A stretch of 42,745 nt of DNA from Candidatus Lindowbacteria bacterium RIFCSPLOWO2_12_FULL_62_27 (GTDB lineage Bacteria; Lindowbacteria; 2-12-FULL-62-27). The translations under genes were made by a program, and so were the position numbers. The notes below the pieces were generated by a model that saw only the letters and a list, made by a program, of their open reading frames with translations, was not told where the DNA came from and made no database searches. Below are positions 34,903 through 42,745 of the stretch, piece after piece; within the stretch, counting starts at the first letter, position 1, and each line of letters begins with the position of its first letter. The DNA is taken from positions 1-42,745 of the forward strand of contig MFPR01000036.1 of assembly GCA_001784175.1 (NCBI GenBank), in the 5' to 3' direction.

Positions 34903-37340
34903 GGCGTTCGGGATTTCAAGACGATTTCGGCCTCGCTGAATTGACGGGTCTGCATGAGCGCCTCCGCGAAATTGAGCCGGATTTCACGATTGTCCGGCGT
35001 TTCCCGGTACAGTTTCCGGTACAGGTCGACGGCTTCGGGCAACCGGACCAGCCGTATGAGCACCGATGCGTACAAGACGCGGACCTCCCGCGTTTTCTTC
35101 TTCTCGTCCGGCAGTTTCGGGTACTGTCGGTAGATCGCCTCATAGAGTCGCCGGGCGTCCGCCGGTTTTCGCCAGTACGTATATATTTCGGCATCCCGGA
35201 ACAGTACTTCAAGATCGTCCGGTTTCAGCGCCATGCACTTTCGGAATGCGGCGTCCGCTTCCTTGTAGCGCTGGTTCCAGTAGAGCACCGTGGCCTTCAT
35301 CTTCTGGACGTCATAGTCCTCCGGATTTTTCTCCAGGATCCTGTCGTAGAATCGGACCGCGAGATCAATCTTCTCGGCCCAGAGAAACTGCTGGGCCAGG
35401 ACGTTGAGGGTCCCGGCGTTCTTGCCGAACCGCGTCTCGATCCGGGCCAGCGCCTTTTCGTATTTTGGGGCGTCGCCGGTCTCGAGATATCCGACGACCA
35501 GCCGCACGTGGTTTTCGACGTCGGCCGGATCGGCCGCCGCAATGCGCTCGCGGATCGTGAGGATTTTATTTGGCGGCGCCCGGGTCTCCTCATAGAGGCG
35601 AACGAGCAGTTTGAGCGGGTAGGGATCGGCCCATCCCCCCGCGTGGCGCTCAAGGATCTCCGCCGCCCGGCCATTCTGATTCTGCGCCGAAAACCATTCG
35701 GCCAGGAGGATCGCCTCATGCGGATCGAGGGCCTGAAGACGGTATTTGATCTCATACGCGGCCGCGATCTGCCCGGCATGCCGGCTGGCTCGGTACTGGT
35801 TCAGAAGCCGCCGGACCCATTGCATCTTTTCCGAATCGGGCGCCCGGGCCATCTCACCTTCGACCTTCCGGATCGCCTGATCGTGGATGCGGTCGCGCTC
35901 GGCCTCAAGTCGAGCGATCCTCCCGGCGTCGCCTGGCGAGGCGACCCTGACTGCGTGCGAATACGCGCCCAGGCGCTGGTATATATCTGCCAGCTCCGAA
36001 TGGCGTTGGGAGTCGAGCAGCCGGGCAAGATCGGGGGTGGAGGGATGCGTGAACAGATAAAAATCTCCAAGCGTCGATCTCAGGCCTGCGACCGACGTGT
36101 GGGCGCCGGCATTCTTGAAAAAATAGGCGATCAGAGGATCGATCGTTTCAGCCCTCCTCCGCCAATCGAGCAGCGCCTGTCGTTCCGGCGTGAGGCCGCC
36201 ATCGATTGGGGCGCCGATTTCCGCGGCGGCGATGAACGTCGCGAAGAGGTCTTCGTGGAGGCGGTCGCGAAGGCCGGTGTCGTTGAGCAAGCGCGCCGGT
36301 TTGAGGATCCCGCGCCCGCCTTTCAGCCGGAGCGCCAGGTAATCGTCGAATTCTTCGGGGCGGAGCGCATGCGAATCCATCAGCCGGGCGTACAGGCCGA
36401 GCGCCTTCTGCACGGCGCCGCTCCAGGAGTGGTAGTGGATGGCGTTTTCAAGATCGTCCCGCAATCCGCCGCGCTCGTACAGCGATTCCGTGAGTCCCGC
36501 GGCCTCGGCGAAATGTCCCGTCTGGGCGTAGAGTTCGGAAATCAGCCGCGTCGCGGCCGTATCGGCGCCGAAACGTTTCTCCATCCTCGCGGCGATTTCG
36601 TAGCCCTTCGGAAGGTCCCGGTTCCAGATGTGGATTTTCGCAAGTTTTTCATAAATCTCCATCCGGCCCGGGTCCGCCTTCAGAATGTCCTCGTACTTGC
36701 CGATCGCGCGCCCGGCGTCTTTTTTCCAAAAGTAGGCTTCGGCCAGTTCCTCCTTCCATTCGGGAACGTCCGGCTGACTGCGCTCCAGCCCCTCGTAGAG
36801 ACGAATCATGTCATCCACGCGCTTCAAGGACGAATAGAGCTGGGCAAGCCGTCGCCGGTGTTCGTGGTCCGACGGGTTCAATTTCACGTAAGCTTCAAGA
36901 TACTTGGCCGCCTTTTCGAGCCGCCCGTACCAGATCAGGTCGTCGACCAGTTTTTTCAAAATGTCCCGGTCCTTGGGATTTTTGACGTGCATGTCCTCAT
37001 AAATGTCCGTGGCTTTCTCGGGATGCTCCGTCCAGGCGTAGAGTTTCGCCAGATTCTGGAGGATGTCCTTGTTGTCGGGAGACGTCTTCAGGAGTTCCTG
37101 ATGGAATGCGATGGCCTTGTTGAGATCACCGACCTCCTCGGTGATGTTGGCATACTCCTTCACCGCGTAAAAAACGTCGCCGCCCTTCTGCAGGATCTTG
37201 TTCAACTCGACGAAGGCCATGTCGATCTGGTAGGAACGGAAATAGATGCGGGCGAGATCCAGTTGCTGGGGATAGATCACGACGGCCGTGCCGATCACCA
37301 GGGCATAAAACAGAAGGAGGCTGCGGAACCTGGCTTTCAC
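34899..37340 (-). CDS. Large membrane-anchored or secreted TPR protein (PelB N-terminal-like)
   Basis: N-terminal hydrophobic segment and many TPRs (LAKLYAW, LAEAYFW, LAQQFLW); 4-nt overlaps at both ends. Confidence 0.75.
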   Translation of the reverse strand: MKARFRSLLLFYALVIGTAVVIYPQQLDLARIYFRSYQIDMAFVELNKILQKGGDVFYAVKEYANITEEVGDLNKAIAFHQELLKTSPDNKDILQNLAKLYAWTEHPEKATDIYEDMHVKNPKDRDILKKLVDDLIWYGRLEKAAKYLEAYVKLNPSDHEHRRRLAQLYSSLKRVDDMIRLYEGLERSQPDVPEWKEELAEAYFWKKDAGRAIGKYEDILKADPGRMEIYEKLAKIHIWNRDLPKGYEIAARMEKRFGADTAATRLISELYAQTGHFAEAAGLTESLYERGGLRDDLENAIHYHSWSGAVQKALGLYARLMDSHALRPEEFDDYLALRLKGGRGILKPARLLNDTGLRDRLHEDLFATFIAAAEIGAPIDGGLTPERQALLDWRRRAETIDPLIAYFFKNAGAHTSVAGLRSTLGDFYLFTHPSTPDLARLLDSQRHSELADIYQRLGAYSHAVRVASPGDAGRIARLEAERDRIHDQAIRKVEGEMARAPDSEKMQWVRRLLNQYRASRHAGQIAAAYEIKYRLQALDPHEAILLAEWFSAQNQNGRAAEILERHAGGWADPYPLKLLVRLYEETRAPPNKILTIRERIAAADPADVENHVRLVVGYLETGDAPKYEKALARIETRFGKNAGTLNVLAQQFLWAEKIDLAVRFYDRILEKNPEDYDVQKMKATVLYWNQRYKEADAAFRKCMALKPDDLEVLFRDAEIYTYWRKPADARRLYEAIYRQYPKLPDEKKKTREVRVLYASVLIRLVRLPEAVDLYRKLYRETPDNREIRLNFAEALMQTRQFSEAEIVLKSRTP

Positions 37341-39505
37341 GGCCGGAAAATCTCCACCGTTACGCGGCCGTAGGGATCATGCTCGAAAGCCAGTACGCCG
37401 TTTTTCGGCTGAACGGCGAACTCCCGCGACCTTCCCTGCCCGGGCGTGATCGACACCCGGCAGGCGCCGCCGTCGCCGGGAACGGCGATCCGGAACCGGC
37501 CGCGGCCCTTGATGTCCGCGTCGAATCGGATCTTGCGCCCGTCGGCGCTCCACCGGGAAATTTCGGCGGACGATTCGACCAGATACGGCCGGTGCGCGCC
37601 GCCTGTCCCGAACACGATTCGATGTTCCGGACTTTCGTCCAGATGCGCGTACAGGAGATCGCCGTCCCGCTTGTAGCCCAGAAGGCCCGCGCTCCGCGCC
37701 AGGTCCGGCGCCTGGCCGGGGGGCAGTCGCTCAAACCGGATCGTCCGGCACCCGCCGTTGTCGCGGATCGAATAGTCCAGAGGCCCCTGGCGGTCGATGC
37801 GGGTCGAAAAGAATCCGTGCATCGTCAGGATGTATTCGCTCGTGAACATCGGATAAATGTCCTGCGCGAGCGCGCCGTCATAGATTTTTTTGAGGGCGTT
37901 CAGGGCGCCGATCCGCTCGGCGGAATAGAAATGGTAATAGACGTTGATCGGCCTCAGGCGGATCGGCTCCCATGTCCTGGCGAAGGTGGTGAGGACGAGC
38001 TGAAATCCGTGGAAGGGCCCGGTCCAGAGATTGGTGTAGACGTTTTCGTTCAGGTTCGACGCGTAATACTGGTGGCGCGTTCCGGCCGGCCCGACCTGCC
38101 GGCGGATCGGGGAGACGTACATGTACGACGGATAAAACGCGTCGAACCGCGCGCCGGCGCCGTTGATGCTCAGAAGGCCGTGCTTCTGAATGACGCCGAG
38201 CGTCGCGTCGTCCGGCAGGCAGTCGCCGGACCAGAAGAGCGTCCGTGTTTTCTTTTCCGGCGGCGCCAGGTGCGCGTTGATGTAATCGACGGAGGCCTTG
38301 ATCTCGTCCTCGTTGTTCATGGCATAGCCGCCCTTGATCCGCCGCACGTGCCGGAGAATGTATGAACTCTGCCTGACATATTTTTCGCCGTACTCGGTGA
38401 TGACTTTCCGTCCGGCCTCCCCGCCGGCGCGGTCGAGCCCGGCCCAGACGAGCGGGTGGGTGAATGTGTGGCTGGCCGGTTCGACGTGCCGCCTCCGGAA
38501 TATTTTCCGCGCAAGTTCGACGTTTTCCGGGCTGCCCAGATACTCGGGCATGATCTCGGCCGTGATGACGGAGACGCTGATGGGGACGAGGTACGAGTCG
38601 AGGATTTCGCCGAGGATGATTTTGGAGCACGGGTCGTGTTTGCCGTGCAGCGCGAGATTGTTGAACCCGTCGCCGTCGATATGCGAATAGAAAATCCGCT
38701 TCCCGTTCCGGACCGCGATGTCGGGCGCGACCACGGGGTCGAGGCGCAGGGCCTCCCGGACGAAGAGGAAGGGGTTGAGCCGCCAAAGGCGCTTGCCGGT
38801 TTCCTCGTCCTCGTAATAGACATATCCCTCCCCCGCCATCCCGCCGCGCGGCGTCGTCACAATGGCGTCCGACACCGCCGCGCCGCCGAAGGGGTTTCGC
38901 CGACTCACGCGCAAAAATGTCTTGTTGGCCGGATCGGTCGACCGGATCCCTTCAAAATGGCCCACCTCGTGGACCAGCGATCGCTCGAATGCGGCCATGG
39001 CGGTGTCGACGATCTCGATCTCGATTTCATGCGCGCCGTATCCGGATTCGAAGGAATGCACAAGACCCATCCGGCCCAGAAGGCCGTTGATGTCCGATTC
39101 GGCGGTTTTCCGGCCGGTCTTGCGGTCCTCGTAGACGCCGAGATTCTCGAGGACCATGAGTTTTTTCCCCTCGTCGAGCCGGTCGGTCAGCCATCGGCAC
39201 AGCGCGCGCGCCGACGGATTGTCGGGCGTGTTGAACCACGTCACGACGGCGCCGCAGGCCGCCATCGTTTTGCTGTCCGGCAGGGGCGCCGCGATGTCGT
39301 AGTAGTCGACGTCGAATCCGTAGTGGTTCAGGACCATTTCGAAGTGGCGGTGAATCCGGGTCTCCCGCGGCGTCGCTTCAAACTCCGAGTTGTACAGCGC
39401 GCATATTTTGCGGTTGAGCGGTTCGGCCGTCGCGCTTGGAGCGCCGAGCGCCGTCGCCAGCAGCGCCGGCAGGACGGCGGCGAATCTGCCCAACCCCCCG
39501 GACAT
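37337..39505 (-). CDS. PelA-like polysaccharide deacetylase (no hydrolase domain)
   Basis: Signal peptide; HIDGDGF, ASHTFTHP, FWSGDC, INGAG, NENVYTN, PINVYYHFYS match the PelA C-terminal region. Confidence 0.85.
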   Translation of the reverse strand: MSGGLGRFAAVLPALLATALGAPSATAEPLNRKICALYNSEFEATPRETRIHRHFEMVLNHYGFDVDYYDIAAPLPDSKTMAACGAVVTWFNTPDNPSARALCRWLTDRLDEGKKLMVLENLGVYEDRKTGRKTAESDINGLLGRMGLVHSFESGYGAHEIEIEIVDTAMAAFERSLVHEVGHFEGIRSTDPANKTFLRVSRRNPFGGAAVSDAIVTTPRGGMAGEGYVYYEDEETGKRLWRLNPFLFVREALRLDPVVAPDIAVRNGKRIFYSHIDGDGFNNLALHGKHDPCSKIILGEILDSYLVPISVSVITAEIMPEYLGSPENVELARKIFRRRHVEPASHTFTHPLVWAGLDRAGGEAGRKVITEYGEKYVRQSSYILRHVRRIKGGYAMNNEDEIKASVDYINAHLAPPEKKTRTLFWSGDCLPDDATLGVIQKHGLLSINGAGARFDAFYPSYMYVSPIRRQVGPAGTRHQYYASNLNENVYTNLWTGPFHGFQLVLTTFARTWEPIRLRPINVYYHFYSAERIGALNALKKIYDGALAQDIYPMFTSEYILTMHGFFSTRIDRQGPLDYSIRDNGGCRTIRFERLPPGQAPDLARSAGLLGYKRDGDLLYAHLDESPEHRIVFGTGGAHRPYLVESSAEISRWSADGRKIRFDADIKGRGRFRIAVPGDGGACRVSITPGQGRSREFAVQPKNGVLAFEHDPYGRVTVEIFRP

Positions 39506-39514
39506 CGCGGTCGA

Positions 39515-40363
39515 TCAGCCGGCGCGGTAGAGCCGGCGCAGATCGATTTCGGCGATATACAGGCGGAAGCGGTGGGCCATGCAGAGTTCCCGGCTGCGGC
39601 GGATCAAGTCCGGCTGTTCCGCGGTCGCATAGTCGATCACGAAGACCGTTTTGCCGGTCCGGCGCTGAAAGGCTGTGAGGCGATCGAGGATCCACTGCGT
39701 CGCCTCCGGATCCTGCGGGCCGTAGGCCCGTGCGGAAAAGTCGTACAGCGTCGCCAGATCCTCGACCAGGACGGCGTCGATGTGGGTATCGATTTTTTCG
39801 AGGATGTCGATGCCGCTGTTGGTGAGGAGGGTGAGTCCCGGATACCTGTCACGAATTTTCCGGATCAGCGCCGCGGCCGCGTCGATTTTTCCCGCCGATC
39901 CCGGCGCGTTCGAAATCTCGCCGTAGACGGCTTCATTCAAGGTATCGAGAAACAGGCCGTTGAACCCGCGGGCTACAATGGAGGCAATGGCGGTGTCGAG
40001 AAGAAGCGCCTGCCACTCCTCGCTTCGAATGTCCACCGCGATGTCGCCGGGCCAGTTCGGATTTTCTTTTCCGACCCAGGGTTTATTCCGGATCAGCGGC
40101 CAGTAGGGCCGATAGGTCCCGCACTCGCCGATGCTGAGGTACCCGATTTTTTTTGCCGGCGCGAGGTTCCGGACATCCGGCCATTCGTCCGGCTCGAGGA
40201 TCGCCAGATCGACCGCTGCAAGTTCGCCCGGCGGAATCGCCGGGCCGAAATAGCAGACCCAGCCGCCGGGATCAAACGGCGGCGGCGTTGTCGCCGGTCC
40301 CGAACAGGCGCAGAGAAGCGCGAGCGCCAGACCGATGAACCGTGCCGAAAACGCGCGCCGCAT
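39515..40363 (-). CDS. Lipoprotein endo-alpha-1,4-polygalactosaminidase-like hydrolase (GH114/GH166, PelA N-terminal-like)
   Basis: ATG 40363, lipobox-like LLCACSG; IGYLSIGE, FNGLFLDTL, AVLVED, VIDY. Confidence 0.82.
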   Translation of the reverse strand: MRRAFSARFIGLALALLCACSGPATTPPPFDPGGWVCYFGPAIPPGELAAVDLAILEPDEWPDVRNLAPAKKIGYLSIGECGTYRPYWPLIRNKPWVGKENPNWPGDIAVDIRSEEWQALLLDTAIASIVARGFNGLFLDTLNEAVYGEISNAPGSAGKIDAAAALIRKIRDRYPGLTLLTNSGIDILEKIDTHIDAVLVEDLATLYDFSARAYGPQDPEATQWILDRLTAFQRRTGKTVFVIDYATAEQPDLIRRSRELCMAHRFRLYIAEIDLRRLYRAG

Positions 40364-40389
40364 GCGATTTCGCGAAGTGGGTGGGCCGA

Positions 40390-40572
40390 TCAGCCGGCCC
40401 TGGCGGTCAACCGGACGGAAGCGACAAGCTCTTTGAGCCCGTCGGCCAGCGAGAACGCGGGCGCGTATCCAAGAATCCGGCGGGCTTTCGAATGGCCGCC
40501 GTTCGAAACAAGCGCCCCGGCGATGTGCGAGCCGATGAATCCGCAGCCGCCGGTGATCGCGTAGACGCTCAT
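40390..40572 (-). pseudogene. Internally deleted NAD-dependent epimerase (pelX-like remnant)
   Basis: N-terminal ITGGCGFIGSH joined in frame to C-terminal SKARRILGYAPAFSLADGL; the catalytic core is missing. Confidence 0.8.
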
Positions 40573-41057
40573 GCGGGATCAGGTCTCCCGGGGCGGCAGT
40601 TTTTTCCGCGGTCGTCCATGCGATCGTTCTCCAACTGCGACAGTTTCTGCAACCGGTGGAACACGGCGTAATCCGCCGCGCTGCGCTCCACTCCCTTCTC
40701 GGACGACGCCGCGACATCGCTGATCGCGGTGAGCCATTCGACGCAAAGGTCACATATCCCGTCCGTCACGGGCTTTGCTCCCTTCAGAAGGGGATACAGC
40801 ACTTCGTCCAGCGCCGCGCCGAGGTCTGCGAGGGTCTGGAACCCGTACATGCTGGCGGCGCCTTTCATCGAATGCGCGGCGCGGAAAATCTCGTTGACGG
40901 GGCTGAGATTGGCCTTGTTTTCCTGCATGTCCGCGACCAGGGACCTGAGTTGTGCAACCTTATCCGGCAGATCGGACGCGTAGATGATCCGGAGCCTCCG
41001 CACTTCATCATCGATGGCCGAATCGAACTGCCCGGGCACCGGCAGGTCGGTGCTCAT
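40569..41057 (-). CDS. Stand-alone Hpt (histidine phosphotransfer) protein
   Basis: IFRAAHSMKGAASMYGF motif; ATGA overlap with the epimerase remnant. Confidence 0.9.
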   Translation of the reverse strand: MSTDLPVPGQFDSAIDDEVRRLRIIYASDLPDKVAQLRSLVADMQENKANLSPVNEIFRAAHSMKGAASMYGFQTLADLGAALDEVLYPLLKGAKPVTDGICDLCVEWLTAISDVAASSEKGVERSAADYAVFHRLQKLSQLENDRMDDRGKNCRPGRPDPA

Positions 41058-41155
41058 GCGACGTGATGGAGCCTCGACAGGGCGGACTCCAAGTTCGCGG
41101 CCATGGACAAATAATGATAGGAAATTTCATTTTCTGCCGCCACCTCCATGATGCG

Positions 41156-41184
41156 AATATAGCGTGAAACGGAGCGGGATGCAA
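41156..41184 (-). promoter_or_regulatory. Putative promoter of the hpt-pel operon
   Basis: Minus strand TTGCAT (41184-41179), 17 bp, TATATT (41161-41156). Confidence 0.4.
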
Positions 41185-41522
41185 CGATTTTGACGATCTG
41201 GCGCGGGATGCGGACGGAATCGGGTTGAACTGGATGTGAAAACGCCGGCGGACCAGGCCGTGCATTCTTAGATTGCCCCCTTTTTTCAGGGACTCCGGGT
41301 CATCCCAACAAAACAATTCCTGTCACGAAACCATCCGGCGCTGAACAGTCCCGCGTCGATGGACCCTTCGGTCCCGCATCATCAGGTTTCTGATATTGAA
41401 CAAAATACGCGCTTTCTTTCGAAGGAGTGCGATTCGGAAAGGGTTTTGCACGAACAACTCGCAAAGAATGCAAACTACTTAAAACAACCAAATCAACGAA
41501 TGTGCGTGAATGGGGGTTGAGG

Positions 41523-42131
41523 GTGACACAAGGGGAAGAACAGGAAAGATCGTTTATCGGAACGAAGGAGGCGGCCAAACTGTTGAGCGTTGCGCCAACG
41601 ACGGTCCAGCGCTGGATCGACTCCGGTATCCTGCGGTCATACCGCACACCCGGCGGCCATCGACGCGTGCGGCGCAACGATATGGCCGAATTTGGCAAGG
41701 AACACAAATATCCTCTCCCGCCCGGACTTGGTGAGTCAAGCGGCGCGCGTGTGCTCGTGGTCGACGACTCCTCGTCCACGCTGAAAATGCTCAAACGAAA
41801 AATTCTTGAGAAATTCCCCGACGTCGCCGTGGAAACCGCCACGAACGGCATCGAAGCCCTTCTCAAAATCGGCCATGCCAAACCGGACGTGATGATCCTC
41901 GACATCATCCTGCCCGAGATGGACGGCGTGGAGGTCATCCGCCGCATCAAAAAGACGCGGTCCTACGACGACATCAAAATCCTCGCCATCACCGCCTACG
42001 GCAAAAAAATCGGAGACCGCGCCATGGCGGCGGGCGCCACCGCGTTTTTCGCAAAAAATGATCTCGCCCGGATGTTCGACGCGCTGGCAACCCTGCTGGC
42101 CGCAGGCGCAAGGGGCGCAAAAACAGAGTGA
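41523..42131 (+). CDS. Response regulator with N-terminal excisionase/MerR-like HTH and C-terminal REC
   Basis: GTKEAAKLLSVAPTTVQRWIDSG...YRTPGGHRR; VLVVDD, ILDIILP, ITA, AK. GTG 41523 chosen as start (uncertain). Confidence 0.88.
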   Translation: MTQGEEQERSFIGTKEAAKLLSVAPTTVQRWIDSGILRSYRTPGGHRRVRRNDMAEFGKEHKYPLPPGLGESSGARVLVVDDSSSTLKMLKRKILEKFPDVAVETATNGIEALLKIGHAKPDVMILDIILPEMDGVEVIRRIKKTRSYDDIKILAITAYGKKIGDRAMAAGATAFFAKNDLARMFDALATLLAAGARGAKTE

Positions 42132-42169
42132 TCCATGGGCCGCGGGCCCACAAAAAGGGAGGTGTTGTC

Positions 42170-42664
42170 ATGTTCAAGCGTTTCCTGATCTGCATGCTGG
42201 GCGTACTCACGATGGGATCGTTTCTGCCGGGCGTATGTTGGGCCGGCCTGACCTACGAAGGCTCGACCACGATCGGCGAGAACATCATGCCGGACGCGGT
42301 CAAGGCCTTCGAGTCCAAGACCGAAATCAAGTTCGACAAGGTCGGCGGGCTGGGTTCCGGCAAGGGCTTCAAGGCCGTCATGGCCGGCGAGGTCGATCTC
42401 GCCGGCGTGTCGCGCCCGCTCGATGCGGACGAGAAGAAACTGAAACCCTACTACCAGACGATCGGCTACGACGCCGTCGCCATTTACGTGAACGAGAAGA
42501 ATGCGGTCAAGGGCCTGACCAAGGAACATCTCAAGGGCATTTTCACGGGGAAAATCAAGAACTGGAAGGAAGTCGGCGGCAAGCCCGCGGAGATCGTGGT
42601 CATCACCGAGATCAAGGCGGGCGGCCGGGCGACGATCAAGGAGTTTAAGGATCATGCCCGCTAA
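42170..42664 (+). pseudogene. PstS-like substrate-binding protein, C-terminally truncated
   Basis: GGGAGG RBS, signal peptide, EGSTT, GSGKG, SRPL, IGYDAVAIYVN, IFTGKIKNWKEVGG; stops at 164 aa where the sequence turns AT-rich. Confidence 0.7.
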
Positions 42665-42745
42665 GATAATTTTTCGCATCTGTTCAAATCCTATGAAATC
42701 GAATAAGATAGGTTCCCAACGAGGGGTAGAGAGCGGTGGGGAGGA

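Noticed and set aside
34941..37373. 810-aa plus-strand ORF
   Set aside because: Antisense mirror of the TPR gene, which fits the operon with 4-nt overlaps.
38456..40564. 702-aa plus-strand ORF
   Set aside because: Antisense to the PelA-like genes; no recognisable domain.
41058..41522. c-di-GMP riboswitch upstream of the pel operon
   Set aside because: Searched by eye for the class I GEMM pattern on both strands and did not find it; an Rfam/Infernal scan is needed to exclude it.
41523..41700. Excisionase as a sign of a prophage or ICE
   Set aside because: The Xis-like HTH is fused to a receiver domain, and no integrase, att site or phage genes are visible.

Overview
A GC-rich bacterial chromosomal segment, probably from a diderm (it encodes lipoproteins and a predicted outer-membrane barrel); the taxon cannot be assigned from this window. 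From left to right: (1) a secreted hypothetical protein running off the left edge; (2) the housekeeping operon yceD-rpmF-plsX-fabH-fabD-fabG-acpP-fabF-rnc; (3) a type II toxin-antitoxin pair; (4) a siroheme nitrite/sulfite reductase with a HEPN-like tail, a conserved partner protein and a Gfo/Idh/MocA oxidoreductase; (5) a Dlt/AlgI-like envelope acylation cluster (SGNH, FAAL-like ligase, ACP, MBOAT and a 63-aa DltX-like microprotein), with a divergent SGNH and a GT-C-like membrane protein; (6) a RAYT-type HUH transposase bounded by perfect 26-bp inverted repeats and a one-sided GTCAGGG array; (7) a probably leaderless, autoregulated MerR-like HTH plus VIT-vWA module; (8) a B12-binding radical SAM enzyme; (9) a 15.5-kb atypical Pel exopolysaccharide operon; (10) a divergent excisionase-HTH/REC regulator and a truncated PstS-like gene. 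The best candidate for an undescribed system is the Pel operon. It has split PelA and PelB, an extra HEAT protein, an internally deleted pelX-like remnant, an embedded Hpt protein and stand-alone receiver protein, and a PelD-like protein lacking the RxxD c-di-GMP site, which together suggest phosphorelay control instead of c-di-GMP control. The acyl-relay microprotein and the RAYT end structure are the next most interesting. All family calls come from motif recognition by eye; no searches were run.
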